A stretch of DNA of 64,000 nt, taken from assembly GCA_017510245.1 (NCBI GenBank), contig JAFWNQ010000010.1, positions 7,178-71,177 of the forward strand. The letters are read 5' to 3'. The DNA is from Clostridia bacterium. Lineage in GTDB: Bacteria > Bacillota > Clostridia > TANB77 > CAG-508. Positions 36,876-47,658 of this stretch are shown piece after piece. Position numbers and translations under genes: made by a program. The stretch's first letter is position 1. Each line of letters starts with the position of its first letter. The notes under the pieces were generated by a model. It saw only the letters and a list, made by a program, of their open reading frames with translations. It did not search any database and was not told where the DNA came from.

Positions 36876-37040
36876 TTATTTTGTTTCTTTATGTACTGTT
36901 GTTCTTTTGCAGAATTTACAATATTTTTTTAATTCTAATCTTTCAGAATTATTTTTCTTATTTTTTTCAGTAACATAATTTCTATTATGACATTCTGTAC
37001 ATTCTAGTGTTATATGCTCTCTTGCACCTTTGCTTGCCAT
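36876..37040 (-). CDS. rpmG: 50S ribosomal protein L33
   Basis: Below the track length cut-off. Hand-translated as [54 protein letters not shown] (54 aa, CxxC...CxxC). RBS gaggaggtaag. Confidence 0.9.
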   Translation of the reverse strand: MASKGAREHITLECTECHNRNYVTEKNKKNNSERLELKKYCKFCKRTTVHKETK

Positions 37041-37064
37041 CTTACTTACCTCCTCAAATTATTT

Positions 37065-37946
37065 TTATTGCAATTGTTTTGCTACTTCTTCTGCAAAGTT
37101 TTCTTCTTTTTTCTCTATACCTTCGCCTCTTTCAAATCTAGCAAATCTAACTACTTCTGCATTCTTTGATTTCAATAAATCCTTAACCTTCATGCTTGAG
37201 TCTTTTACAAATTCTTGATCAACTAAGCATATTTGTCCGTAGAATTTTCCTAATCTACCCATAACTATTTTTTCAGCTATAGCTTCTGGTTTTCCTTCAT
37301 TAACAACTTGTGCTTTAAGAATTTCTTTTTCTTTTTCTAATCTATCAGCAGGTACATCTGATTCATTAACAAATTCAGGTTTTGCTGCTGCTATTTGCAT
37401 ACAGATATCTTTTCCTAATTCAGCATCATCTGCTTTCATGTCAAGTAACACACCTATCTTTCCATTTCCATGTATATAGCTTGAAAGCATTCCATCTGTT
37501 TCATATCTTTCAATTCTTCTTACACTAAGGTTTTCACCTATAGTTGCTATCTTTGATGTTAATACATCATTAACTGTTTTTCCTGATTCAGATATTGATT
37601 CTTGACTTAATAATTCATCAACATCTTTAGGATTATTCAATGCAACTTGTTTTACAACATCTGCAACGAATTTTTGGAATTCCTCATTCTTAGCAACAAA
37701 ATCAGTTTCGCTATTTACTTCAACTATTGCTCCTATTTTTCCATCTTCTGAAATATATGTTTCAACTAGACCTTCAGCAGCTATTCTGTCTGATTTCTTT
37801 TGAGCCTTAAGGATTCCTCTTTCCTTTAATAAATCTATTGCTTTTTCTTCATCTCCATCAGTCTCTGTTAATACTTTTTTGCATTCCATCATTCCAGCGC
37901 CTGTCTTTTTTCTTAATTCCATAACTTGACTTGCTGTTACTGCCAT
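37065..37946 (-). CDS. tsf: Elongation factor Ts
   Basis: MAVTASQVMELRKKTGAGMMECKKVL... is the typical EF-Ts N-terminal UBA-like domain. Confidence 0.95.
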   Translation of the reverse strand: MAVTASQVMELRKKTGAGMMECKKVLTETDGDEEKAIDLLKERGILKAQKKSDRIAAEGLVETYISEDGKIGAIVEVNSETDFVAKNEEFQKFVADVVKQVALNNPKDVDELLSQESISESGKTVNDVLTSKIATIGENLSVRRIERYETDGMLSSYIHGNGKIGVLLDMKADDAELGKDICMQIAAAKPEFVNESDVPADRLEKEKEILKAQVVNEGKPEAIAEKIVMGRLGKFYGQICLVDQEFVKDSSMKVKDLLKSKNAEVVRFARFERGEGIEKKEENFAEEVAKQLQ

Positions 37947-37994
37947 TATAAATCCCTCCTATTATATTGAGCTATCAATAACTCAAATTTTTAA

Positions 37995-38786
37995 TTATTC
38001 TTCTTCGCTTTCGCTTTCTTCAACAACTTCTTCGATGCTTTCTGGTTCTTCGCTAACATCTGCAGTCATCTCTTCTTCAATTTCAGATTCAACTTCTAGA
38101 CTCTCTCCTTGTTTTCCTTCTATAATTGCATTTGCCATACAATCTGAAATTAGTTTAACTGCTCTTATTGCATCGTCGTTTCCAGGAATACAATAATCAA
38201 CATCATTTGGATTACAGTTTGTATCAACTAATCCAACTAATGGAATATTTAATTTTCTAGCTTCTAATACTGCATTATGTTCCTTTTTTGGATCTATAAT
38301 GAATAATAGATCTGGAAGTTCAGTCATTTCTTTGATTCCACCAAGATTTTTATTTAGTTTTTCCATTTCTTTTCTTAATAGAACTACTTCTTTTTTAGGT
38401 AATACTTCAAATGTTCCGTCTTGTTCCATTTCTTCAAGTTCTTTTAGTCTTTCAATTCTGTTTCTTATTGTTTGGAAGTTTGTTAATGTACCTCCTAACC
38501 AACGTTGATTAACATAGAACATTCCACTCTTTTCAGCTGCTTCTTTAACGCAGTCTTGAGCTTGTTTCTTTGTTCCAACAAAAAGAATTGTTTTTCCTTC
38601 TTCAGCTTGTTCTTTGATGAATTCATATGCTTCATCAATTTTCTTTGATGTCTTTTGTAAATCGATGATGTGAATTCCATTTCTAGCTTGGAATATGTAT
38701 TCAGCCATACGTGGATCCCATCTTCTTGTTTGATGTCCAAAATGAACACCTGCTTCTAGTAATTGTTTCATTGCAACTACTGCCAT
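37995..38786 (-). CDS. rpsB: 30S ribosomal protein S2 with acidic C-terminal tail
   Basis: [27 protein letters not shown]... Confidence 0.95.
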   Translation of the reverse strand: MAVVAMKQLLEAGVHFGHQTRRWDPRMAEYIFQARNGIHIIDLQKTSKKIDEAYEFIKEQAEEGKTILFVGTKKQAQDCVKEAAEKSGMFYVNQRWLGGTLTNFQTIRNRIERLKELEEMEQDGTFEVLPKKEVVLLRKEMEKLNKNLGGIKEMTELPDLLFIIDPKKEHNAVLEARKLNIPLVGLVDTNCNPNDVDYCIPGNDDAIRAVKLISDCMANAIIEGKQGESLEVESEIEEEMTADVSEEPESIEEVVEESESEEE

Positions 38787-38941
38787 TTTTGGTTCCTCCT
38801 TTTAGTTATTTCCTCCACAAATATCAATATATTATACAACTTAAAAATAAGCACTTATATAATATTCAATTTGTGTGTGTATTTTTCAACGTATAGTATT
38901 ATATCAAAAAAAAAGCCATTTGACAAGGCTTTTTTCTTATT

Positions 38942-39901
38942 TTATTTGTTTTTTGGTGTACTTTTTTTATTATTAGTTTTATTTTTTGTTTGAATCTTAC
39001 TTTTTATTTGTTTTTTTCTTTCATTTGTTTTCTCAACTATTCTCTTTTTTTCTGTTTCTATTGCTTTTTTCCCTTTTTGGGCTGTTCTTTCCACTTTTTC
39101 CTTACTGCGCTTTGCTGTTTCTTTAACAACTTCTTTGCTCTTCTCTGCAGTTTCTTTTATCGCTTCTTTTCCCTTTTTTGCAGTTTCTTTTACAACTTCT
39201 TTGCTTTTTTCAGCTGTTTCTCTAGCTATCTTTTTTATTCTTGCTCTAAAAGCTGTAAACTCTGGATATGCATTTACTAGTCTGTTTCCAGCAAATGTTT
39301 TTCTAAGTTCTTCTTTGACTTTGGCTGTAATTTCATCTGTATTATCTTTTGGATTTTCCATACTAATTGTTTTTGCCTTAGAAGTTACACCTGATACAAC
39401 TGCCATTGATATAATAAAGTCTAGTATTAAAATAGTAGACAATGAGCTTGCTAAAATTTGCAATTCAGTTATCGAAATACTTTCTATTATATCATAAAGA
39501 AAAGGATTAAATACATATAGCACTAGCATTCCAAACACTCCAAAAGGTATTAATGTTCTAACGCATATTCTACCATTTAAGTTTAGTTTATCATTAGAAT
39601 AATCCCACCATCTAGCATTAAATATCTTTTCCATAATATAGCTAGTGAAATATTCTAAAACTGCACATAATAATACTCCCATACAGAATACTGCTATTGG
39701 GCTATTAATATACTTTGTTAAAAAAATAGTAATGCCTGTACCTCCAAATCCATATATCGGGCATAAAGGACCTATCAAAAATCCTCTGTCAACTATCTTT
39801 TTCTCAATAATGGAGCATGTAACTTCCTCCACACACCATCCTGCTACTGAATAAATCATAAATAGCACAAAGTATTTTTCTATTAAAATAATGTTTTCCA
39901 T
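38942..39901 (-). CDS. Polytopic membrane protein (PF06541/DUF1113-like) with repetitive KETAxKSKExVK amphipathic tail
   Basis: N-terminal part ...YSVAGWCVEEV...GFLIGPLCPIYGFGG... The C-terminus has about 11-aa repeats (KETAEKSKEVV/KETAKKGKEAI...). ATG at 39901 behind aaagga. Confidence 0.55.
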   Translation of the reverse strand: MENIILIEKYFVLFMIYSVAGWCVEEVTCSIIEKKIVDRGFLIGPLCPIYGFGGTGITIFLTKYINSPIAVFCMGVLLCAVLEYFTSYIMEKIFNARWWDYSNDKLNLNGRICVRTLIPFGVFGMLVLYVFNPFLYDIIESISITELQILASSLSTILILDFIISMAVVSGVTSKAKTISMENPKDNTDEITAKVKEELRKTFAGNRLVNAYPEFTAFRARIKKIARETAEKSKEVVKETAKKGKEAIKETAEKSKEVVKETAKRSKEKVERTAQKGKKAIETEKKRIVEKTNERKKQIKSKIQTKNKTNNKKSTPKNK

Positions 39902-39926
39902 AATCATTCCTTTTGTCAATTAACAT

Positions 39927-41927
39927 CTAATTATTAAACTCAGGATAGCTATTTGCTACTGCTTTCCATGATAATAAAGAATAATCTCCCAAAGAATAGT
40001 CTGATAAATTTATACTATTTTTATTGTTATTTAATGTTGTAACAAAATTTGCATTTTTCATTTCAGCTTCTGTCATTTGAATTGCATTTATATTTGTAAC
40101 ATCACAACCTAAAACAGTATTTTCTAGCCAGTAAGCATTTCTAATTGTATTAATATTATTTCCAATTCCCCACGCATCAGATCCTTTTGATATTACCCCA
40201 GAATTATATGAATTTACAATTGTTCCAGATGTATTTGTTGATGTATCAGGAGACATTATACCAACAGCTATAGCATTTTGTGATTCAACATTTCCTTGAT
40301 TATAGCTATTTATTACATAATAATTACTTGTTGACCCTCCAACTATTAATCCTGATGCTCTTTGGAAAGTTAAAATTTTACCTTTATTATAACAATTAAG
40401 TAAATAAATTGTGCCATTACAAACTCCCCTTGCTATTCCTCCTGCACTTCCATAATAAGTATAATCATCAACATTTGAACTGTTCAACGCTGTTGCATCT
40501 ATTTCTCCTTCATTATAGGAATTAATAATCTTTATACTAGCATTTTTTGAACTAGATCCAAATCCTTCTCCTATTATTCCTCCAGCTCTTGTACCATTTG
40601 TTATTTTTCCTGTATTGTAACAATTATAAATCTCTGCTCCATAATCTGGTCTCCCAGCTAAACCAGCAATACCTATATTAGTAGTACTACTTGTTGCATT
40701 TGAAGTAATATTACCTGTATTATAGCAATTAGTGATTTTAGTATAATAATTAGCAATTGATGATTTATTATAACTTCTTCCTACAATTCCTCCTATGCAG
40801 GTTACTTCAGTGACGTTCGTAATTATTCCTGTTACATCCCCTTCATTATAGCTATCATTTACTTCCAAAGCGCCTTTTACATATCCAACAAATCCTCCTA
40901 CACATTTTTTTCCTGAAACTTCTCCTGTATTGTATGAATTTGTTATTTTAATACTATTTCCCGACGCATCATCTCTACCAATCAATCCTCCTGCATTTTC
41001 ACCCTTTGTATTAGTTACTTCTCCCTCATTAGAACAATTAGTAATGATAATATTTCCATTAGAAAATCCTAATAATCCACCATCATTGTTTCCCCCTGAT
41101 ACTTTTCCATAATTTTTACAATCTGTCAAATTTAATATTCCTGAATTAGACATATCACCACAAATTCCTCCCAAAGAATATGACGTTGATGAGGATGATA
41201 TATTAGTTTCATTTATACATCTATAAATACTAGTCTCAGATTCAGTTGCATATGCTAATCCAACTATTCCCCCTATATTTGCATGTGTAGTAGATGAAAC
41301 TGAGCCAGAAATCTGTAAATCACTTATGGTAGAATTTTTTATCCTAGCAAATAATCCAACAGCAGCAGTAGATGTTATGTTCTTTATATAAATATTAGAT
41401 ATTCTATGATTTCCACCATTAAAATCCCCACTAAATGCGTTTTCTGCTGTTTTTGCTATACATGGAAATCCTGTTCCTGTTGTTAGTTCTGTTTTTAATG
41501 GTTCTACTACATTGTTGCCGTTTATATCTCCGTAATCAGTCCTTGCTGGATTTTCGTATGAAGCATTTTCATTAAAGTCCAGATTTGCCATTAATTCAAC
41601 ATATTTTCCTGTAAACTTCTCTCCAGCATTAGTTCGGTTTGAAAATTTGACTAAGTCCTCAATTGTCCATATTTGATATGGATCTTCTTCAGTTCCATTT
41701 CCATTTAATAATCCCTTTTCAAACGCAACTTCTTCATAAACTGACTTAATTTTATCTTCACCTTCCATACCATATATATCTTTTAAATCTTGTAGTTCTA
41801 TTGCTTGAGATTTATGCTTATTAATCAAAGTAGTAAATGTAGTTGCCAAAATAATTAGAATAAATGTTACAATTCCAAATACTATTAGCGTTATTGAACC
41901 TTTTTCACCACTTTTTACTCTCATCAA
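39927..41927 (-). CDS. GLUG-motif repeat surface protein with pilin-like N-terminal helix
   Basis: At least 10 degenerate repeats ending in G-hydrophobic-hydrophobic-G (VGLFARI, IGGIVGLA, LGGICGDM, DGGLLGFS, AGGLIGRD, VGGFVGYV, IGGIVGRS, AGGIIGEG...). N-terminus GEKGSITLIVFGIVTFILIIL. Confidence 0.65.
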   Translation of the reverse strand: MMRVKSGEKGSITLIVFGIVTFILIILATTFTTLINKHKSQAIELQDLKDIYGMEGEDKIKSVYEEVAFEKGLLNGNGTEEDPYQIWTIEDLVKFSNRTNAGEKFTGKYVELMANLDFNENASYENPARTDYGDINGNNVVEPLKTELTTGTGFPCIAKTAENAFSGDFNGGNHRISNIYIKNITSTAAVGLFARIKNSTISDLQISGSVSSTTHANIGGIVGLAYATESETSIYRCINETNISSSSTSYSLGGICGDMSNSGILNLTDCKNYGKVSGGNNDGGLLGFSNGNIIITNCSNEGEVTNTKGENAGGLIGRDDASGNSIKITNSYNTGEVSGKKCVGGFVGYVKGALEVNDSYNEGDVTGIITNVTEVTCIGGIVGRSYNKSSIANYYTKITNCYNTGNITSNATSSTTNIGIAGLAGRPDYGAEIYNCYNTGKITNGTRAGGIIGEGFGSSSKNASIKIINSYNEGEIDATALNSSNVDDYTYYGSAGGIARGVCNGTIYLLNCYNKGKILTFQRASGLIVGGSTSNYYVINSYNQGNVESQNAIAVGIMSPDTSTNTSGTIVNSYNSGVISKGSDAWGIGNNINTIRNAYWLENTVLGCDVTNINAIQMTEAEMKNANFVTTLNNNKNSINLSDYSLGDYSLLSWKAVANSYPEFNN

Positions 41928-41962
41928 TAATCCTCCTCTTTTGATTATTATATATCAGATTA

Positions 41963-44065
41963 TTACTTTTTCTTTTTAGTTGTTTTTTTAGTAGACTTTT
42001 TCCTTCCAGTAGTTTTTCTTCTTCTAGTCACTTTTGGTTTATCACCATCAGCTGGCGGAGTCCATTTTTCACCTGGTTTTGGTTTATCCCAAGAAATATA
42101 ATTGCAAGATTCTCCATCATTTTTGTTATTTGAACAAATGTAGAATTTTCTACCTCTTCTTGATTTTCTCAAATAAACTTCTGCACCACATACTGGGCAA
42201 GGCACATCAATCTTTTCTTCATAAGGTTTAATATTTCTGCAATCTGGATAACCTGGACAAGCTAAAAACTTACCATATCTACCATATTTAACAACCATCA
42301 TTCTTCCACACTTTTCACATTGAACGTCACTTTCTTCATCTTTAATTTCAACATGTTCTAATTCTTTGTCTACTTTTTCCACATTTTCTTCAAAAGGTGT
42401 GTAAAAGTCTCTTATAACTTGTTTCCATTGTTCTTTTCCTTCTGCAATTTTATCAAATTGATTTTCAATGTCTGCTGTAAATTCTACATTCACAACATTT
42501 GAAAAGTTTTCTACTAGTAATTTATTAACTACTTTTCCTAATTCAGTTGGAGACAATTGTTTTTGGTATCTTTCTATATAATGTCTATCAATTATTGTTG
42601 AAATAATTGATGCATAAGTTGATGGTCTTCCAATTCCTTTTTCTTCGAGTGTTCTTACTAAACTTGCTTCTGTATACCTAGGTGGTGGCTCAGTAAAACT
42701 TTGTTTAGACTCAATCTTCTCTTTTTTTACCTCTTCTCCTTCTACTAATTCTGGAATACTTTTTTCATCATCTTCATTGTTCTTGTCATCTCTTCCTTCT
42801 ATATATAATGTCATAAAACCTTTAAATGTTAGTTTTTGTCCATTTGCTTTAAAATTATATGTTTCATTATTATTTGCTATTGCATCTATCTGTGCTGATA
42901 TTGTATCAAATAAAGCTGATGCCATTTGGCTTGCAATAAATCTATTATAAATAAGTCTATATAGTTTATATTGATCTGGTGTTAGAGCGTCTTTTATTTT
43001 CTCTGGCTCTAAATCTACATATGTTGGTCTAATACCTTCATGAGCATCTTGTGCTCCAGACTTAGTTTTATAGTATCTATTTTCATAGTACTTTTCACCA
43101 TATTTCTCAAGAATATGTCCTCTTGCAGCTGCTCTTGCTTCTTCTGAAATTCTAGTTGAATCTGTTCTCATATATGTTATCAGACCTACACTTCCTCTAT
43201 CAGGAATTCTTACACCTTCATATAAGCTTTGAGCTACACTCATGGTCTTTCTAATTGCAAATCCAAGTTTTCTTGAAGCTTCTTGTTGCATAGTACTAGT
43301 TGTAAAAGGAGGAGCTGGAGAACGTTTTCTTGTTCCTTTTTTTACCTCTGATACAATATACTTTGCATTTTTTATATCACTAAGTATTTTATCAACTTCT
43401 TCCTTATTGTGAAGTTCTATTTTATTATTATTTAAACCTGTTAATTTTGCTGTAAACTGTTCAGTTTTTTTCGATAATATGGCAAATATGTTCCAATATT
43501 CCTCTGGTACAAATGCTTCTATTTCATTTTCTCTATCTACAATCAATTTTACTGCTACAGATTGTACTCTTCCTGCAGATAAACCTCTTTTAACTTTCTT
43601 CCAAAGTATTGGGCTTATTTTGTATCCAACAATTCTGTCCATTACTCTTCTAGCTTGTTGCGCATCAGTTAAATTCATATCAATTTTTCTAGGCTCTTTT
43701 ATACACTTTTGAACTGTTTCCTTAGTTATTTCATTAAATGAAACTCTGCATAAATCATCTTCCGGTATATCTAGTAAATATGCTAGGTGCCATGCAATAG
43801 CTTCTCCTTCACGATCAGGGTCAGTTGCCAAGTAAATCTTTTTTGCCTTTTTAGCTTCTTTTTTTAATTCATTTATTAAAGCTGCTTTTCCTCTTATATT
43901 TATGTACTGTGGCTCAAAATCATGTTCAATGTCAACACCTATTTTAGATTTTGGTAAGTCTCTGACATGTCCAACAGAAGCAACTACTTTGTAATTACTG
44001 TTTAAAAATTTATTTATTGTATGTGCTTTTGATGGTGACTCGACTATTATTAGTTTATCTGCCAT
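41963..44065 (-). CDS. topA: DNA topoisomerase I
   Basis: MADKLIIVESPSKAHTI (Toprim), ...YMRTDSTR... (active-site Tyr region), C-terminal Cys4 zinc ribbons and a Lys-rich tail. ATG at 44065 behind gaaagga. Confidence 0.95.
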   Translation of the reverse strand: MADKLIIVESPSKAHTINKFLNSNYKVVASVGHVRDLPKSKIGVDIEHDFEPQYINIRGKAALINELKKEAKKAKKIYLATDPDREGEAIAWHLAYLLDIPEDDLCRVSFNEITKETVQKCIKEPRKIDMNLTDAQQARRVMDRIVGYKISPILWKKVKRGLSAGRVQSVAVKLIVDRENEIEAFVPEEYWNIFAILSKKTEQFTAKLTGLNNNKIELHNKEEVDKILSDIKNAKYIVSEVKKGTRKRSPAPPFTTSTMQQEASRKLGFAIRKTMSVAQSLYEGVRIPDRGSVGLITYMRTDSTRISEEARAAARGHILEKYGEKYYENRYYKTKSGAQDAHEGIRPTYVDLEPEKIKDALTPDQYKLYRLIYNRFIASQMASALFDTISAQIDAIANNNETYNFKANGQKLTFKGFMTLYIEGRDDKNNEDDEKSIPELVEGEEVKKEKIESKQSFTEPPPRYTEASLVRTLEEKGIGRPSTYASIISTIIDRHYIERYQKQLSPTELGKVVNKLLVENFSNVVNVEFTADIENQFDKIAEGKEQWKQVIRDFYTPFEENVEKVDKELEHVEIKDEESDVQCEKCGRMMVVKYGRYGKFLACPGYPDCRNIKPYEEKIDVPCPVCGAEVYLRKSRRGRKFYICSNNKNDGESCNYISWDKPKPGEKWTPPADGDKPKVTRRRKTTGRKKSTKKTTKKKK

Positions 44066-44125
44066 TTTGTTCATCCTTTCTTCTTGTTCGCTCTTTCTTA
44101 TACAGCTAATTGCTGCCTTATTTTA

Positions 44126-45307
44126 TTATATACTTTCTAAAGTTTCTTTTATCTCTGTATAAATCTTATCTTCAACATTACTAATTGATAATTCTCTAGA
44201 TTTATTTCCCATTTTTCTTAAGTTCTTTTCATTACTTATAAGGTTATTTATTGTATCATTTAATAACTTAGAATTCAAGTCTTTGTCTAAAATCACCTTT
44301 GCTGCGCCCTCATCTTCTAATGCTCTAGCATTATACTCTTGATGATTTTCTGCAGCAAAAGGATATGGAATCAATATTGATGGTTTTCCCATTTCTTCAA
44401 GCTCTGTTACTGTCATTGCGCCGCTTCTACATACTATTAAATCAGCAACATTCATTATTTCATCCATATTATATATATAAGGCATTATTTTTACACCTTT
44501 TAAATTATCTATATTCAAATTTTCCTCAATTAAATCTGTTTTTATACTATCATACTGGCTTGGTCCTGAAGCCCATATTACTTGGTATTTATTAAAATTC
44601 GGATTGCTTCTAACTTGGAATTTAATACTATCATCTTTTAATTTTTCCTCATGCTTAAATCTATTTATAACAATTTCTTTCATTGCTTTATTTATACTCT
44701 TTGATCCTTGACTTCCGCCAAACACCAAAACTAATGGCTTTTTGCTGTCTAATCCGTATTCATCTTTTTTTAGTTCTATTGTACTCTTATCATAGTTTAG
44801 ATTCTTTCCTTTTATTGGAGTTCCAGTTACTGCAACATTAACACCACTAGGAAGTCTATCTTCTGCTTCTTTAAATCCAAGCAAAATCTTTTCTGCATCT
44901 TTTGATAAAAACTTTGTTGCCTTCCCAGGCAAAACATTACTTTCATGTATTATATAAGGGATATTTAAGCTCTTTGCAGCCGTGCACACTGAAATACAAA
45001 TATATCCACCTGTTCCAATAATAAGATCTGGATTGAATTTTTTTATAATTTTTTTAGCCTGCCCTATAGAACCTATTGTTTTAAGAGCATTTTTCATATT
45101 TTCAACAGTAAGTTTCCTTGAGAAGCCATAACTATCAACTGTTTTAAGCATGTATCCAGCTCGATTTACTAAGTCGTTTTCAATTCCTCTTTTGGTTCCT
45201 ATGAAAATAATCCTTGAATCAGGTTCTTCTTCTTTTATTTTGTTGGCAATCGCAATCCCTGGATTAATATGTCCTCCAGTTCCTGCTGCAGCAATTATTA
45301 CTTTCAA
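44126..45307 (-). CDS. murG: Undecaprenyldiphospho-muramoylpentapeptide beta-N-acetylglucosaminyltransferase
   Basis: MKVIIAAAGTGGHINPGIAIA... and ...GGSQGS..., ...CRSGAMTVTE... Confidence 0.9.
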   Translation of the reverse strand: MKVIIAAAGTGGHINPGIAIANKIKEEEPDSRIIFIGTKRGIENDLVNRAGYMLKTVDSYGFSRKLTVENMKNALKTIGSIGQAKKIIKKFNPDLIIGTGGYICISVCTAAKSLNIPYIIHESNVLPGKATKFLSKDAEKILLGFKEAEDRLPSGVNVAVTGTPIKGKNLNYDKSTIELKKDEYGLDSKKPLVLVFGGSQGSKSINKAMKEIVINRFKHEEKLKDDSIKFQVRSNPNFNKYQVIWASGPSQYDSIKTDLIEENLNIDNLKGVKIMPYIYNMDEIMNVADLIVCRSGAMTVTELEEMGKPSILIPYPFAAENHQEYNARALEDEGAAKVILDKDLNSKLLNDTINNLISNEKNLRKMGNKSRELSISNVEDKIYTEIKETLESI

Positions 45308-45377
45308 CTCTTTTTCCTTTCTACATATTGTTTTTTTATGTTCTTAGCTTTTTATTTTGAAATCTAATTCATCCTAA

Positions 45378-46538
45378 TTATATTTTTTTAACTGAACGAG
45401 AAATATTTAATAATACTCCCACACTCCCCAATAAAATAATTAACGAAGTTCCTCCATAGCTTAAAAATGGTAGTGAAATTCCTGTATTTGGAATTGTATT
45501 TGTAACAACGGCAATATTTAATAATGCCTGAACTATTATTAAAGATGTTATTCCAATTGCAACTAAACTTCCAAACATATCACTAGCTCTAATTGCTATT
45601 AAAAATCCTCTTACTGCAAAAACTGCAAATAATACCAAAATCGCTGCACAACCTATAAAGCCCAGTTCTTCTGCTATAATTGCAAATATAAAATCATTAT
45701 GAGCTTCTGGAATATATAAAAATTTCTGTTTACTCTTACCAAGACCTACTCCAAATAGTCCTCCTGAACCGATTGCATATAATCCTTGTATTGTTTGGTA
45801 TGATGTTCCACTTGGATCATCAAATGGCTTTAGCCATGCAATAATTCTGTTAGTTCTAAATCCTCCAATTATTTTGTCTTTAATAAAAGGTAATGATATT
45901 ACTCCTACTGATAACATTGCCAAAAACATTGTTGCATAATATTTTAATTGACATCCTGACATTAGTATTATAACCATAGTTACTAATGACATTACAACTC
46001 CAGCACTCATGTGGTTTTGTATTTTTAGAAGTACAACTATTGGAAGTCCCAATGCTATAATAGGTCGTAATGTATTTCCCCAAAAAGTATCTAGTTTATT
46101 TTTCGAATCGGTATAATACCCTGCATAATAAATAATTAATCCTATTTTTGTAATCTCTGATGGTTGGATTCTAATAACAGAAATATCTATCCACCTTTTA
46201 GCTCCATTAATCTCTACTCCTAATCCCGGAACTAGCACAGAAAATAATAGTACAAATGATATCCAATATATAATTCTATAGTATTTTTTAAAAAATTGAT
46301 GTGGAAAAACTGAAAAGAAAAACATTACACCTATTCCCAAAACAGCTGCAACTGCTTGAGTTTTAACAAACTTATAGCTGTCACCATATTTAGCTAAAGC
46401 TGATGGCGCACTTGCAGAAAGAACCATTACAATTCCTAATGCTAAAAGAATTAACACTGTAATTAATAATGGCATATCTATAATGTTTGTATTCTTATTG
46501 CTTGAGGCTTTTCTTGTTTGGGTTGCTTTATTTGGCAT
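45378..46538 (-). CDS. ftsW: SEDS-family peptidoglycan polymerase FtsW/SpoVE
   Basis: QPSEITKI..., ...EAHNDFIF..., ...SLPFLSYGGTS... Located between mraY and murG. Confidence 0.85.
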   Translation of the reverse strand: MPNKATQTRKASSNKNTNIIDMPLLITVLILLALGIVMVLSASAPSALAKYGDSYKFVKTQAVAAVLGIGVMFFFSVFPHQFFKKYYRIIYWISFVLLFSVLVPGLGVEINGAKRWIDISVIRIQPSEITKIGLIIYYAGYYTDSKNKLDTFWGNTLRPIIALGLPIVVLLKIQNHMSAGVVMSLVTMVIILMSGCQLKYYATMFLAMLSVGVISLPFIKDKIIGGFRTNRIIAWLKPFDDPSGTSYQTIQGLYAIGSGGLFGVGLGKSKQKFLYIPEAHNDFIFAIIAEELGFIGCAAILVLFAVFAVRGFLIAIRASDMFGSLVAIGITSLIIVQALLNIAVVTNTIPNTGISLPFLSYGGTSLIILLGSVGVLLNISRSVKKI

Positions 46539-46622
46539 TATTCATCCTTTCTCTTTAGACTATAAATTTGTTTTTGGATTTTTAATTAATTCAAAAACAA
46601 TTCACTCTGTTTTAACTGATTT

Positions 46623-47600
46623 TTAAACTGCAAGTACTCCTACAATAGATGCAATCAACGTTACTAGGCTAAACATCGTTACAACTTTATTTTCATTCCA
46701 TCCACTCAATTCAAAGTGATGATGTAATGGTGCCATTTTGAAAAATCTTTTTTTTGTTTTTTTGTAATAAACTACTTGAATTATAACTGATAATGTTTCT
46801 ATTACTGGAATTATTGCGACAACTAATAATAATAATGGCAATTTCAAGTATAAAGCAATTCCTGCAATAGCTCCTCCTAATAATAAAGAACCTGTGTCTC
46901 CCATAAATATATGAGCTGGGTGTAAATTAAATAATAAAAATCCTAATGCACAACCTATTACTATACATCCAAAAATTGTTGTTTCTTTAACACTAAATAT
47001 AATTGATATTACAGTTAAACATGTTAGTATGATTGTTGTTACACTTGTTGATAATCCATCAATTCCGTCTGTTAGATTAACAGCATTTGTGGTAGCAACA
47101 ATTACTATAAGTGCAAAAGGAATATAAAGCCATACTGGTAAATCTAAATTCTTATCTAAGAATGGAATATAAATATCGCATCCATTTTTAAAAACAAATA
47201 CAAGCATTCCAACATATATTACTGAAATAGCTAATAATCCTGCCATCTTTGCCCTAGGACTTATTCCATCAGTGTTTCTTAAAATTACTTTTTTAAAGTC
47301 ATCTACAAATCCAACGATTCCAAATCCAATAGTTACAAATATCATAGGCAATAATCTAGTTGCTATTTCTGGTTCATCTGCTGAATAATCAAAATACAAG
47401 AATGCACTCAATATTAAGGTTGAAACTATTAAAATTATTCCTCCCATAGTAGGAGTTCCACTCTTTCCTAAATGAGATTTTGGTCCCAATTCTCTTTCTG
47501 ATTGCCCAATCTTTAGTTTTCTTAAACATGGTATTATTACTATCGATATAATTGTACTAGTAACAAAAGATAGTAATAATATCTTTACTTGAAAGCTCAT
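46623..47600 (-). CDS. mraY: Phospho-N-acetylmuramoyl-pentapeptide transferase
   Basis: ...KSGTPTMGG..., ...NAVNLTDGIDGL..., ...MGDTGSL..., ...APLHHHFEL... Confidence 0.95.
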   Translation of the reverse strand: MSFQVKILLLSFVTSTIISIVIIPCLRKLKIGQSERELGPKSHLGKSGTPTMGGIILIVSTLILSAFLYFDYSADEPEIATRLLPMIFVTIGFGIVGFVDDFKKVILRNTDGISPRAKMAGLLAISVIYVGMLVFVFKNGCDIYIPFLDKNLDLPVWLYIPFALIVIVATTNAVNLTDGIDGLSTSVTTIILTCLTVISIIFSVKETTIFGCIVIGCALGFLLFNLHPAHIFMGDTGSLLLGGAIAGIALYLKLPLLLLVVAIIPVIETLSVIIQVVYYKKTKKRFFKMAPLHHHFELSGWNENKVVTMFSLVTLIASIVGVLAV

Positions 47601-47658
47601 TATGTTATCCTTCCTCTATCTTGGTGAGCAAATCTCACCTTTTGTCTTAATAAAATTC

